Positions 24,514-38,470 are shown, counted from the first letter of the stretch. The stretch: 64,000 bases of DNA from Felis catus (GCF_018350175.1 NC_058369.1:26600001-26664000), one strand, 5' to 3'. Notes: generated from the sequence alone by a model not told the origin. Program-made: numbers and translations.

Positions 24514-25879
24514 ACTGCTGCCTGTTATAGTAGCAGGTTTGGTTGGTTTCCAACACATGGCATGGAATGAAAAAAAAAAAAGGCTGTTTTACTAAGATGC
24601 TTCCTGAGCACCTTATATGTGCCAGTGTTGTGCTAGGTACTTGTACACTTGATGCTATCACCAGCAAGTGAGTGCCCCCTGAGTGCTTCTGAAAACCATG
24701 TAATGAGAGCCCAGAAGTCGGAGGCAAGACCTCCCTGAGCTGGAGAGGATCCAAGCAGGCTCAGGGAGGAGAGGTGAGTAGGACAGCACTCCTCCCTCTT
24801 CCTTAGCATAAGCTCCTCAGGACCAGAGAAAACCCAGTCTTTGGGCTGTGAGCTCACCAGGGTTAGTTTCAGAAGGGGCAGGGCTGGCATGTAATGGAGG
24901 CTCAGTCAATACTGGATGTTTTGGGAAAGGATGAATGCATGACTGTGAAAACAAAGTCTGTGCTAGTGTCACTGCCCAGAGTATGAGAAGGTGGTGGGAC
25001 TCCATCTGTTGCAGCCAAAATCAGACCAAGCTGGTGCATGGATGCTGTCGGGGCAGTGACAAACTGGAGTTAAGTCCCAAGGAGCGGGGCCCAGGTGGTG
25101 GAGTGGGGGTTTGAGACTCTACGGCAGCCATTCCTCTGACCATCCAAAGACACATAACATGATCGTCCCTGCATCAGGCACTGAATGAGATGCTGGGGAT
25201 GAGGCGGTCTAAGAAGCAGGCCCTGTTCTCACGGAGTGTGCATTGTCTTGGGCAAAACACGGAATCAGCCGACTCCTTACGCAGATGGTGCCAGCAGTGG
25301 AGTAAAACGTGGAGCTACCTGGGAGGAATGAGGACCTCTGCCTTGCTTGCTAACATCTCAACTGGTGGAGCCCTCCATGGCCAAGAAAGCACTTGCCCAC
25401 GCAGAAGCTCTGGATCCAATGAAACAGAAGTTAATGTGTCCATCTGAAGGACAAGGGAAGCCGGGTCTGCAGAGTTCACCAGCTCATCCGAGGTCACTTG
25501 GTGAGTCAGAGGCAGAGTCAGGGATGAACTTGGGCTTCCAGACTCTCAGTTCCATCTTCTTTCTGCCATATGGGCACCATGCTTTTGTTAAGAAGGTGAT
25601 GTGGCCACATTCAATGGGGAGCTATTACATTATGGGAATTTAAACATGGAAGAGAGTAAAAAAATTGTAAATGTGTCCTCCATTTGAAAACCTCAGGTTT
25701 GGAAACAAAAGAAATTTCATCTCTCATATTTCAAAAATCACAAAGATAAGAGAGTCTATGTGGGAGGGCAGAGGCAAGATCTGGGCTTATTTCGTCTGGA
25801 AAAGACAAAGCCTGAGGTTACAGCAGCCTGTCTGGCTTCAAGTAGATAAAAGGCGGTAAGTGAGAGAGAAGTTAAGAAG

Positions 25880-26120
25880 ATTCTGTGGGGTTCCAGAAGG
25901 AAACAAGAGGATCAATGGGGGCAAGTTACTAGGAGCCAGATTTTGGCTCAGCACAAGGAAGAATTTTCCACACTATAGAGCTGACCGGGAAGTGGAATGT
26001 GGATCCTGGAGAGGGTGAAGCAGGGACCGAGGCGGCCATTTGTGTGAGATTTTATTGTGCACAGGGTGGGACCAGATCCAATGATCCCTGTGGTGCCTTT
26101 GATGAGTTTCTGGGACTCTT
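25880..26120 (+). mobile_element. CR1/L3 or MIR3 3' end
   Basis: caatgggggcaagttactaggagccagattttggctcagcacaaggaagaattttcc. Confidence 0.55.
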
Positions 26121-26984
26121 TGCTATAGTGGCTTATGTCCTTGAAGTATGACAGCACTGTGCTAATGGCCACGTTAATGGTGGTAGCTGACCTGAGCGCC
26201 CTGCATGGTTTCTAATTAAGAACAGGAAATCAGAGAAGGCAGGCTGCTTTTCCTTTACTTTCTATTGTTACCTTAAGAGTGGTCCCCAGGGTCCTGCCTC
26301 CACCTTCTTTCTCCATCTAAGTAGGAGAGATTGGGAATGTTTTTCAAGTTTCTCATGGAAGACGACCCCCTTTAGGTCACTTCTGCACATCAAAAGGAGG
26401 ATGTGCATGTCCTTTACCTTCAGATATTCAATCCATCATCCCTTTCTTGTTTGGGCTACTTCAGAGAACAGAACCAATGAGTAACTAATGTGTGCCTGCT
26501 ATGTGATGACATCTATTCAGTCTGTACCATGTCAAGGTGTGGATGGGACATTCACACATGAAACAAAAGTAGCTACTGAAGATTAGTGATGGGGTAACTG
26601 GAAGTTGCAACTGCAGAGTGGCCAAGAGCACCAGGGGCCTTAGGATTGGCAGATGGGACGGATGGGAGATTTGCTGTTGACTGCCCGAATTGACTTTAGG
26701 GCACTCACAGGCTACTTTGCCTCACTGGATCCTCATTCCCTCATTTATCAAATGGGAATAACAAGGCCTATTTCATAGGATTTTGTGGAAGGCTAAACTG
26801 GACACTAGATAATATGCATAGCCCAGGGCACATAGTAGTTGTTCAATAAATGATCATTATTATTACTGTTAAGGATAATGACAATATTGAAATAAATCAT
26901 GAAGTATAGGCTGTACATTTTTTTAGTCAGTCAGAACAGGAACATTGATAAAGGTTAAAGTCCTAAGAAAAGGCTTCATAGAGA

Positions 26985-27215
26985 GGGGCAGTATGACATT
27001 TGGATAATGGAGTCAGACAGACCTGGATCCAAATCCCATTTCTACCACTTCACAGCTGTGGGACACTGGGAAAATTCAGCACTTTGAGCCTTAGCTTTCC
27101 CCTACATAAGGACGGTAATACTGCCTGGGACAGTACCTAGGGGAACTAAGTAAGATACTCAGTTGCACTCCGCACACATAGTGAATACTCAATAAATGTT
27201 GTTACAACTGTCATC
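26985..27215 (+). mobile_element. MIR SINE
   Basis: ggagtcagacagacctggatccaaatccc...actcaataaatgttg. Confidence 0.75.
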
Positions 27216-30200
27216 ATGAAAAATGTAAGATACATGAGTTAGACACAAGAGGGGTATGCTCGCTTACATCTTATTTCCTACCCCCAAACTGCACCTGTTT
27301 GATTTTTTACTACCAAAAGAAAAAAAAATAGTGGATTTGAACAAAACACAAAGCCCCCAACTAGTTTTACAAAGTACATTATAATAAATTCATCTTAAGA
27401 TAAAAAGAGTTCTTACACCAAAAATCATGTATTTTTCAAAAAGTAAAACAAATTTTTCCATCCGGTGTAATGTTAAAACCACCTATCACTGAGGTAAATG
27501 ATCATGAGTCAACGTATCTCAGGGGTCTGCTGTCTGATGCTTTGTTTAGACTCCATCCACACACTGAGGGAAATTCTGACCTCCGGCACGTCATCTAATT
27601 GCTTAGCACACTCTGGGCTGGTACTTTCCAAAAAGATAAAATTTTAAGCTGGCGTTATTAAGTTAGAAAACTCAATACATTTTACGACCAGTCAGGAATC
27701 TTTCAAAGATGAAAATAACAGTTGTAATGGGCCATGGGTCTTTATCACCAACTGCAAAGGGACCGAGGTGGATCTAATTCATTAGTAGGGGTTTTGCTAC
27801 ATAATGCATCCAGACTGAAGCAATAACGGCTATATAAATGCATTCGTTCCAATACATATCACTGTAGAGCTGGAACCTCATGCGTCATGACCACGGGACT
27901 AAAGCGGGTTTTTGTGGTTTTTAGTACTAAAGCTTCAAATGGATGAATTTTAAAACTGTACCAACAATGACACTCGTGCAAAAATTGGGTGACATTATGT
28001 ATAATTTTACATTGAAGTAAGTGCTTTAAACTTGCATAAAGGGTTTTGTTTTCATTATAACTTAATTTTCAAAGCCTCCAATTTACATCATTTTGAGCCA
28101 TTGTAATCCCTACGTAATGGAATTATAATATCATTAAGCAATTACCACTATGATGTCAAGCAATGGGAAGTGTTTTGAAAGGTAATTATTGTGCATGGAT
28201 ATGGGGTAATTTTCAATTATATTCTTGGATGGTGCAGGGTTTGTTTTTCCCCCCAAATGCTAAATTGCTCTATTTAAAGACTGGCTACAGAAACTGTAAA
28301 AGGACAAATTAACAAATAAAACCATTCTCTGCTACCAGACTAAGAGCATCTGGACAGGGGTCCAAATTACATTTTTACTCTTCACCACATAATAAAGTCA
28401 TTTCCAGTGAAGTAAAATTGCCTTTCAGATAATAATCTATTTACAAACTTCCAGCTTCATCCACTTTGAAATTGGTTAACAGCAATAACAGAAGAAAAAC
28501 CAACGGAGCCAGACCAAATGCAGCAGTATTAGCTGCCCTCCCCTCTGTTAGATCAGCTCAGGCAAACAATCCCTCCAATTCACCTTTTGAAAGACTATTA
28601 ACATAAATGCTTAATTATCTACATTTATTGCATTTTAACCACAGATAATAGGAAACCTATATGCAGAGGCTAAGTCTTCAAGCTTGAAAACCAATGATGT
28701 CACATCAGTTTATGAGATTTAAAATCTCTGAATCAAGACACTGCACCTGATTTTCAATTTTCTGACGTTGCCATCCAGAATTTAAAAAAAAAAAATAAAT
28801 GCATTTTCTCTCTTATAGATCTTGAGAACTGATTGACTGTATTTTTATGTGCATACCAATACACTATTGTTTAAACAATTCAATGGGGAGGGATCTCCAT
28901 TCCAAACAGTCAGCCTTAGGGTCAACGAAGATGACATTTTAGATAAGATCCTGCAGAGCACCAGGTACTTAGAAACTCTTCCACCCATGCCTCTCACAGT
29001 AGGGCTAAATTAACTTGTACTGAGAAAGTCGACAGTGAACTGCTGAATTTTGGTTTTCAGCAAAAATATGTCCTCAGATGGGAGAAAGATAAATGACTGA
29101 CAATGGGATAAAAAGGACGAAAAGGGACTTTCTTAGAAAACTATATTGTTTCTTGGAAGGCAACTAACATGCTATGATTACAGTTCAGGTTTCATTGGGG
29201 AAATAAGTAGGTTAAGCCCTTTTGCAGAAACCAGTACCTATATTTTACATGGAAAATGCCTTTTGAAGCAACATGTTGGAGGGTTTGGTTGATTAACTGG
29301 GAATTACTGCAGTTTCGTTCTTTACAGGTAGTCTCTACTTGTGAATGTGCAGTGACTCAATTGTGCTTGTATATCAAATCATGGAGTTAAACTTACACAG
29401 TGATACATCTTAAACTTACACAACATTACATGTTAATTTTATCTCAATAAAGCTGGGAAAAAACCTACAAAACCATTGTGCTGCTTGGAAATGTGCGGCT
29501 TACAACTCTGAATGCATTTTACTACACCCCCAGGGGGTCCCTAGCCAGACTATTGAGCTTTGAAGCCTACAGAGCTCACAGTGTCTCAATGGCCCGATTT
29601 CAGGCAAGGCAGCAACACTGCATCTGGGGGAAAATGTATCCCAGTTCCAGCAAGGGAAGCTGAAGTCCTGGACCAGGACCCCGTCTGGGGTGCATCTGGG
29701 GAATAAGTAGGTAGGGATGGTTCTGGAATAATAGAGAGAGCTTCAGACACCAGCAATGTGTTTAGTATTCTACTATAAGGCTCACTTCTAGGACTCCAAA
29801 AAGAAGGCATATCTTTGTGCTAGTAAGGGTGTTGATCACCATTCTCCCACCCTCTGCCCCCAACCTCCTCTGTGCAGAAAAGACACCCCTGGGATCCTGA
29901 TAGCTGCATAAGAGAAAATATCTTCCATCCCCAAGGTTAATCTGAGAACAAAAGGCAACTAACTACTTGCCTAACAGGGGAAGGGGTGGGGACTCTGGAC
30001 GCAAGAATGTCATAAATACTAATGAATTCATTATACAAGCTGAGCATTGAGGTGGGGATGCTATGGGTCTAAGGAGAGTACTGAAGAGAATACTATTTTA
30101 CCCAGAAAGCTTCAAGAAAGAGAACTTCCTACAGGTAAAAAATTGCAGTGGACATTTCAGTCGTATGGTTCTTACTGACCTAAAGGGAATTCTGCAGTCC

Positions 30201-31496
30201 TACAGCAGCATGGGGGTTCACGGTGCAAATCGCCTGGTCAGACAGGCTTGGGTCAGAGTCCAACTCCACACTCAGTGGGTTTGTGACCTAGGCAGCGACC
30301 TTAATTCCACCTGTACAGGGTGGGACATAACATAGCCCCACACCTGGGAATGTAGGGAGAAGTCATCGTGAGGTAACACAGGAAAACTCGACACTGGCAG
30401 GCACATTATTACTTTTACATTATGAATACTGGTTTTTGGGGGAAAGTCTCCTATGCACCTTAAATAAATCCTGAAGATACAAGGAAGATCCAAAGAGTAG
30501 ACCAAATCATCCTTCTGTTTCCCATGATTCATGCATTCACAACTCATCAAATATTTATGTAGCATTTACTGTGTCCTAGGTGCCAAGACAAGCCCTTGGG
30601 AATACCAATGGTTGTTCCATGAAGCATAATGTCTGTATGATCACTAATAAAACAGATTTTAGAAGACTGCTTTTAGACTTGGAGTATTAGGTGAATGTCG
30701 AATAATTGTGCTGCAGGAAATAAGATTCTGGAAAGACTCCCTTGTTGCACCCAGAGCAGACGGCCAGATTCCCCTCTCTCTGGTTAGCTTCAGGGAACCA
30801 TGAGGGTTTTCTAAATTCTTGACTAGTGATTTGGATATTATACCTATAAAATGAGCATCTGTTGCCTATTTATGTCTCATGGGGGATTAACCAGTGTTCA
30901 TAAAGGAATATCCTATGTGGCCTTGCCATAAAAAAGGCACAAGAATGTTATTTTTATGAGACTCCGGCAACTCGAAAAGCACTTCTGAATGTCTTTCTTA
31001 CTCAAAATCTATGTAAACGGCAGAAGAGGTTTTGCAAGCCTGACGAGAGAGGTCATTACTATTCTGTTTTGGAGCTGGTAAGCATGAATAATTTAAGGGT
31101 CATATCTGTAAAGGAACAAATGTCAAAAACAAATTGACAACTATTCTTCGAGCAAAGTCTGCTTTATTTTCCAAAGGTCAGTTTGGTAGTTCTCTTGAGT
31201 AAGTTCTGAAATCGTAACTTCCCATTTTTACATTTCACACGCACTCCAGGAAAACACATTTTTGGTTAAGTGTTAAGGGCTCGAGTGCCATGGTAATTGA
31301 CATTCAGCAAGTGTGCCTCGGCCCGGGAGGAAGTATGGAGAGCTGCCCATCTCTCCCTCCAGTCGACTGGTGCGGAATGCGATGCTGTTCCTGCCTGCTG
31401 GCTGGCTCTGCTGGCAGACGGGCTGTGTACTTTAAGGTGGCATTTATGCACTTGAGGTGTTCTATCTGAGCAGAAACTGCGGGTGTGACACAAACT

Positions 31497-31964
31497 TGTA
31501 CCGAATAAAGGAGAGATTCGGAGGCCAAATATAAGGCATGCGTGGAAATCAGTGCAGGGAGACCTCACCTCAAACGGAGTCAGGAAGCCCAGAAGGGGAG
31601 GTGCTCATCATAAGCTTTCTATGGCAGCTGACACCGCATGCCTGGGCAGAAAGAAGTTCACTTTACTGCCCCAGCAGAAGGAAGAAAGATTTTCTCCTTG
31701 ACGAGCAAGAGTCTAGCCAAAGAGAAACCACTGCTACCCTGAACCCTTGCTTTAGACTTTTAGACTCGCAAAGACTTTCCTTCAAAGCAGCCTCTCCCAA
31801 CTCCCTCCTTTTTCTCTACCAAGTATGGTTCCTCTCCTTTGTTCTCCAGGCTTGGCTATGCTTCGCCATAGCTTGCGTGTCCTGAATTGCCATGCCTCTG
31901 CTATTTCTAAATAAACTCATTTTGCTGGTAAAACACTTGCTCTTTTGTTTTTAAGGTTAAAACA
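31497..31964 (+). mobile_element. Probable solo ERV LTR
   Basis: TG...CA ends and AATAAA near the 3' end (about 31910); no clear TSD. Confidence 0.55.
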
Positions 31965-33344
31965 CGTGCTTACTTTTGTGTGGCAACGTTTCCTAGGGCC
32001 ATGTGTTAGTCAGGCCATCGTTCTCTGCTGTTCATCTACAGCTATGCCTCTAGCTCTCTAGCTCTACAGATACATCTCAGCTTCTCCACTTGTGATGGAG
32101 CTGTGGGGGGTCAGCACATCACTTCCTGGCTCTAAACCCCAGTGTCCTTGTGTAAAAGATGGGCAATGACAGTAGCTACACCTCAGTAGGCTATTATGTG
32201 AATTAAAAGGCACTGGCAGGTGTGGGTCACAGGAAGGTGAAATAAATATTAGCTGTTATGACTTTCATACTAGACATCTGAAGACGGAAGATCGCCCTTC
32301 CCTGTAAGCCAGCCCCCAAAACCACCTTCACAGGTTCTGCAGAAAGGCATGGATGTGGAACAAGCCTGGGTCCTAATCCTAGCTGGGGCTCTGAGTGGGC
32401 ACTCGACCTTCCACAAGGTCAAACAGAGGTCGGTGGACTGCATCAGGGTTTTTAGCTGATTCATTGGAGCCCCAGGGCAGGGTTCTGGGTCCCTAACTGC
32501 CCCCTTTAGCCAGACCAATTCTGGTTTCATTTCTTTTATATGTTGGCATTTCATATGGAATTCATTTGAAAGAAAAGTTCTCACTGCCTAACAATAAAGT
32601 TTAAGAGCCACTGCATAAGGTGACCGTTTTTAGTTGCTCAAATGCATGGGTGTAGGTTCAATACTCCCACTGTTGAATTGTTAGAAATATACCTAAGATA
32701 CTAAAAAATTGGAATGGGGGAAAACTGAAAGTAAGATTTCAATGGATGACTCATGTTTTCCCCCCAAGGTTGGTATAAAAAATGATGAGTTGAAGAACAT
32801 TTCTCTCTCTCTTTTCTCCCCTTTCTCCCTTCCTGTCTTCCTACTAACAAACCTTTACAGAGTATCTAATAATCAACAGAAAATGTGCAGGGTACTTGGG
32901 ATCCAGGAGTAAGCAAACTGACAAAGTCTCTGCTTTTAAAAACTCACAGGCTACATAGCAAAAAAAAGACATTAAACAAGTAAACAAACGATGAATTACA
33001 AACTGTGAGAAGGGCAAGAAGTAAGTGTAACAAGGTGGAGGGAGATTGACCTACTTAGATAAGATTATCTAGAAGGGCCTTTAAGAAGGTGGGTGACAAG
33101 CCAACACCCAGGCCTGCCAGCTCAGCAATCGGGTGATCTTGTCTCTCAGTCAGCACCTCAGTCCCTTAGATCTGGTCTCACAGCAACGTTGCCCCTCAGC
33201 CTCTACTCCCACTGGGAAAACGTGGCCACTTGTCATTTTTGACAAGCGTGGATGGGAGGGGTAGGCAGGTTCAGGGCTGAAACAGGGAACCAGAGGTCTG
33301 CTTTTTTTTTTTTTTTCTTTTTTTCCCCTTTAAAGAACTTAGCT

Positions 33345-33556
33345 GGGGCACCTGGGTTATCAGCCCGTTAAGTGTCCAACTCTGATTTTGGCTCGGGTCA
33401 TGAACTCAGAGTTTGTGAGTTCAAGCCCTGCATCAGGCTCTGCTCTGACAGTGCGGAGCCTGCTTGGGATTCTCTCTCTCTCTGCCCCTACCTTGCTAGT
33501 GCTGTCTTTCTCTCTAAAAATAAATAAATAAATTTTTAAAAAATTAAAAAAAAAAA
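33345..33556 (+). mobile_element. CanSINE with perfect TSD AAAGAACTTAGCT
   Basis: TSD at 33332-33344 and 33557-33569. Confidence 0.95.
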
Positions 33557-33709
33557 AAAGAACTTAGCTACTTAGCCCTTGAGATGTTTTTTTTTTTTTC
33601 CTGTAGATGAGGAACTCTGAATAGAAAATTTCAATTCCTGATTTTATGTATATTATTTTTGAAGTAGGTAATCTAGGTACTTGGTTCAAAATTAAAAAAA
33701 AAAATTATA

Positions 33710-33925
33710 GGGGCGCCTGGGTGGCGCAGTCGGTTAAACGTCCGGCTTCAGCCAGGTCACGATCTTGCCGTCCGTGAGTTCGAGCCCCACATCAGGCTCT
33801 GGGCTGATGGCTCAGAGCCTGGAGCCTGTTTCCGATTCTGTGTCTCCCTCTCTCTCTGCCCCTCCCCCGTTCATGCTCTGTCTCTCTCTGTCCCAAAAAT
33901 AAATAAACATTGAAAAAAAAATTAA
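33710..33925 (+). mobile_element. Young felid SINE (SINEC_Fc-type)
   Basis: ggggcgcctgggtggcgcagtcggttaa...ggctctgggctgatggctc; CpGs retained; A-rich TSD ending ATTATA. Confidence 0.95.
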
Positions 33926-35021
33926 AAAAAAAATTATAAAAACAGTGGTTGGGCTCTGGGGCTGGGCTGTTTGGACTCAAACCCCAGCTCTGCCAATGAC
34001 TCATTGTGTGACCCTGGAACAAGGTATTCAAGAACTCTGTACCTCCGTTCTCTCAGCTGTAAAAGAGCAACAATTACACACGCACAAAAGCAGTGCCTTC
34101 CTCACATTGTTGCTGTGACAGCTAGATGTTACAACTTAGCACAGCATCTGACAGATGGCCCTAAATTAATGCCATTATGCAACAGAAGCCCAGGAAGAAG
34201 CCTGGACTGCCCACAGCCACGGCTCACTTTTCCTTCCGATGTTACCAACTGGATACTCGAAACCCTTATTTTTCTCTCTTTCTAAGAACGCTATCTTGGC
34301 ATATTGATATGTTGTCTAAAACTAAGCCAATAACATGTAAAGATTAACCAAATAGGAAACACTAATTTTTGATGCTATTAATTAGCTACAAACCATTCAG
34401 GCATATCAGAAAAGGGGAAAGGGACAGCTGATAAAAACCTAGGCTGCCAGGCAGGAGCGGGGCCAGATCTGGTTAACAGTGGCTGGAACATTTCTATAAC
34501 CCTCTGAATCTCTGAATTTAATTTGTTAATTTGCCCTCGATGGAAGTTCTCTTTACCTTCAACATGACTGAGCTCCTGGCTGTCAAAACGTCACTTTGCA
34601 ATGGTGACTTTAAGACCTCCTTTCAGCTACTTATCACTAATATATATCTTGGGTGCCTTTGCTCAAGGACCATGCTCTCTGTTCCTGTGGTTTATTTAGG
34701 ACACTTAACATAACATATTATTTGTTCTCTCATGGCAAGGTCTCCTTCTGACAGCTGAGATTCTGTTTTTCTGTCATAAGTAATTATAAATGTACATCTC
34801 TAAAAAGATTCCCAATTTGGGGGGCATAATTTATTTCAGACAGTAAATCATGGAGACATCTCCATCCCTTGGGCAGCCAAAATGTACGCTTCAGATGTAT
34901 GAGCTCTCACTCTGAATTCTCCATACCTTAAGAAAAATGGGATGCTCCCCTTTCTCCCTGGGGCAGTTAGGAGGAAAAATGTGGCACCTTTGTTGGAGCA
35001 GTTTATATTGGCTTCAGTTCC

Positions 35022-35069
<48 letters not shown>

Positions 35070-35070
35070 T
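35022..35070. repeat. (TTA)n microsatellite
   Basis: Directly visible. Confidence 0.95.
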
Positions 35071-35600
35071 TTAACCTCCGATGTAGCGTTCCATCTTCAA
35101 AATTCAACTCTGAAAACCATCTCAGGGAGCCCCACTCTGAGGGTATTTGCCACTGCAGCTATGCACGTTAGACTCTCTCTACCCCTTCCTTCCATCTCAA
35201 GCCCTCTGTTCCCACCAAAGATTCTTTTCCCTTCCTTCTCTATGCACTCCTGACAATCATGTTCCCTGCTCACAACCAAAAACTAATGATTCATTTCTAG
35301 GACTCTGGCCAACAAAGGGAACCCAAGGCAAATCTTCACTCCTGCTTCCTTCCCATTCTTCCATTGCTACTTGTTATAACTCTGTGCCAGCCTTATCTTT
35401 AAAGACAAGTAGCCCTGTATTAGTGAAAACATGTATCTAGTGATGTGGGAGTATCAGATCTGCTTTATAATAATATGAACAGCTAATATTTGGTAGGTGC
35501 TATTCTAAATGCTTCATGTACAGTATGCCTTAGTGAATCTTCATGAAAAGCTTTCAGGTGGACATTATTATCAGTCTAATTTTACAAATGTGTTAACCGA

Positions 35601-35797
35601 GGGGTGCCTGGGTGGCTCAGTCGGTTGAGTGTCTGACTTCGGCTCAGATTGTGAACTCGCAGTTTGTGGGTTCGAGCCCTGCATTGGGCTCTCTGCTGTC
35701 AGGGCAGAGCCCACTTCAGATCCTCTGTCTCCTTCTCTCTGCCCTTCCCCTGCTTGCTCTCTCAAAAAATAAATGATTAAATTTAAAAAACAAACAA
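35601..35797 (+). mobile_element. CanSINE inserted in a MIR
   Basis: Imperfect TSD acaaatg..taacc; antisense MIR on both sides. Confidence 0.93.
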
Positions 35798-36049
35798 ACA
35801 AATGAAGTAACCAAAAGTCATACATGTCACACAGCAGAAATTGGTAGAGCTGGAACCCAGATGAAGGTCAATTTGATACCAAAGGACTTATCATCCTATA
35901 AAATGAAAGCACAGGCTACCTCATTTTGGGGGTGCAAGCCTAAATGGTTAGCATTTAATAAAAACAGCGGCATCTCAAAGTGACTGATTTTCTCTATTTG
36001 TAGTTAACTATTTTGATTTTTTTATGTATAGCATTTTTCATATTCCTAC

Positions 36050-36144
36050 CTTGAACACTCAAGCTTCCAGAAGAATCCAGATGCTGTTCTGTTGGCTGCT
36101 GACTAGGAGGAACAATTGGTGGGCTCAACATATTTAACCAGTCC
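36050..36144 (-). CDS. CFAP20DC: Penultimate coding exon of CFAP20 domain-containing protein (C3orf67); 95 nt, encodes (x)[31 protein letters not shown](G)
   Basis: Minus strand reads ttcttcttttctttttAG|GGACTGG...GTTCAAG|GTagga: strong pyrimidine tract, AG acceptor and GT donor. Open frame of 1+93+1 nt; the phase-1 end joins the last exon in frame. Peptide matches my recollection of the CFAP20DC C-terminal region. Not in the ORF track. Confidence 0.93.
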
Positions 36145-36454
36145 CTAAAAAGAAAAGAAGAAAGTAAATAAACAACAGGTCTACAATTTCACATGTAAGT
36201 TTCATCTTTCCCCTGGAGTTTTAATTTCCTGGGGCTTCCACAAAGAAACATTTTTTTTCCTTCTTTCATATTTCAGAAGGACAAAATGTCTAGAAGTTAA
36301 TATTCAGTTCTGTAATCGAGTAATATAATGTCAACCACTGAACTAATTAGTTGTTCCACATATACATCAAGTAACGACAACTACTCCTCTTGAAAGATTA
36401 TCATTGTGGCTCTCACACGGTACACAATCCCTCTCATATAAGAAAGTTATTTCA

Positions 36455-36614
36455 CGGTCCGTGAGTTCGAGCCCCGCATCAGGCTCTGGTCTGATGGCTC
36501 GGAGCCTGGAGCCTGCTTCCGATTCTGTGTCTCCCTCTCTCTCTGCCCCTCCCCCATTCATGCTCTGTCTCTCTCTGTCCCAAAAATAAATAAAAAACGT
36601 TGAAAAAAAAAATT
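36455..36614 (+). mobile_element. 5'-truncated young felid SINE with perfect 16-bp TSD TAAGAAAGTTATTTCA
   Basis: TSD at 36439-36454 and 36615-36630; head missing. Confidence 0.95.
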
Positions 36615-38406
36615 TAAGAAAGTTATTTCAGTGACTCAGAAGAAATGCGGCAAAGACAAAGCTCCTTATGACCCTAAGGAAGCCTGGCAAAGTCACATGT
36701 CACTCCATGACAACATTCCAAAACAGAAGGTGGTCTTGGAGCGGTCAGAAACCAGTCACAATGGTGGGGTCTGCAGGCATTCACTAAGTGCCTTAGAGCA
36801 GCAGAGGGCAAAAGCAGGAACAGTGAGGGGAGCTGGGTCCCTGAGTGACCCGTTCCTTCAGTTCTCCCACTAAGAATGGGGGCAAAAACCACTCCGGAAA
36901 GCCCCTCCTACATTCCATCTTTCTGCCTCCAACTGCCAACCAACCTCGTTTCCCAACATTCTTTACTCCCCTTCCTCCCTCTTTCTTTTCCAGTCCTCCA
37001 GGTCCCCCTAGGAGGTAGCTGCATGCGTGTGATGCACGTGGGTGACCTCCAGAGGGTGCAAGTCAGTGTGTGTTCTACTTCAAGCCTCTCTCCTCTCTAA
37101 ACTCTTCTTCAGGGGAAGGGAGCAGGAAGGGAATGTGAAGGATGCTCCAACGTGAGCTCTACTGCTTGCACTGATTTTATTTACCTTATTGTTCACCTTG
37201 CATCTGTATGTTTTACCTTATTCTTCTCAAGAGGAGCATGTCCTCATGACTAAACAATGTCTTTCTAAATTTCTGTATTGCCTACTGTCTTTACCTACAA
37301 TGGGAGACAGTCCCAACAGTAACTAAGAGCACTGGCTCTCCAGGGCAATCTCAGCTCCATGTTTCCTCATGCTGAGAACATGGCCAAGCCACTTAACATC
37401 ATAAGCCTCTTTTCTAAAGAGGAGTAATAATAGTACCTTGGAGTTTTATGTTGGGATTAAATGAAAAAAAAAAAAAGGATGAAAAAATTTTGGCATGGAT
37501 CTGGGTATAGAATGACATTCAATAAATTTCAGCTATGACCACCATTGTCTTCATTATTGATGAAAATCATAGCACGGCTTTACCTACAATAATAAACCAT
37601 GGTAGGAGGAATTGGATTTTGTTGGAATTAAACCCAAGATGGTAGAATGGTTACAAGTCTCTACAGGAGAAGTTTTCCACGAAAGCCCTTCACTCTTCTA
37701 GTAAAAAAAGTATCTCAATGTAAAAATTACCCAATTCCTATTTGTAATATTTTAAGACACTTCTCACCTTAGCTATCACTAGATTATGGCTAGTGAAATA
37801 AGGTGAACACAGTGTATAATTGAATTTCATAATAACACATTAAGGACATCAGAAAGGATTTGTCACAGACTTCCAAGCTAATGGGGCATTTTCTGATAAG
37901 CACCTTTTATTTAGTCCATTTCATTACAGTAGACCAAAAACTCCTACATTATGGAAAATTACAAGGTCACATACAAATTACCAGCTCCAGTGACCTCATT
38001 ACTCAGTAAGAGTGTTGGAGAGCAAGGATGAACAACAACAAACAATAATGTTATCATGTGATGACATCCCCAGTGACAAATCAGAAGACACTCTGCACTG
38101 GCAACAGTAGCTCCTACTCATGGACCATGGACATGGGGAAAATGTAGATGAGGGTTGTGTGACTATTATAAAAGGCAAGACATTCACTTCTTAGGCAAGT
38201 TATTTGATTAGTATTTTTCCTTCTCAGAAGTAGCTATGAAAAGTACAGAGTTCTTCCTTGTGTGATTTTTTTGATTGTTTTAAAATAATTTCAGATTTAC
38301 AGCTTTTCTGTAAGAAATACAAAGAATACTTCTTTGCAAGAAGAGTGTAAAGAACTCCAATATATCCTTCCTCCAGATTCCCCCATTTAAACACTTTATC
38401 AATTTG

Positions 38407-38455
<49 letters not shown>
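38407..38455. repeat. (CTAT)n microsatellite
   Basis: Directly visible. Confidence 0.95.
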
Positions 38456-38470
38456 ATTTCTCTATCTAAA

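Larger units (their letters stand above)
23751..36049 (-). other. CFAP20DC: Last intron of CFAP20DC (GT-AG, phase 1, about 12.3 kb)
   Basis: GT at 36049-36048 and AG at 23752-23751 on the minus strand; the joined frame is open. Confidence 0.88.
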
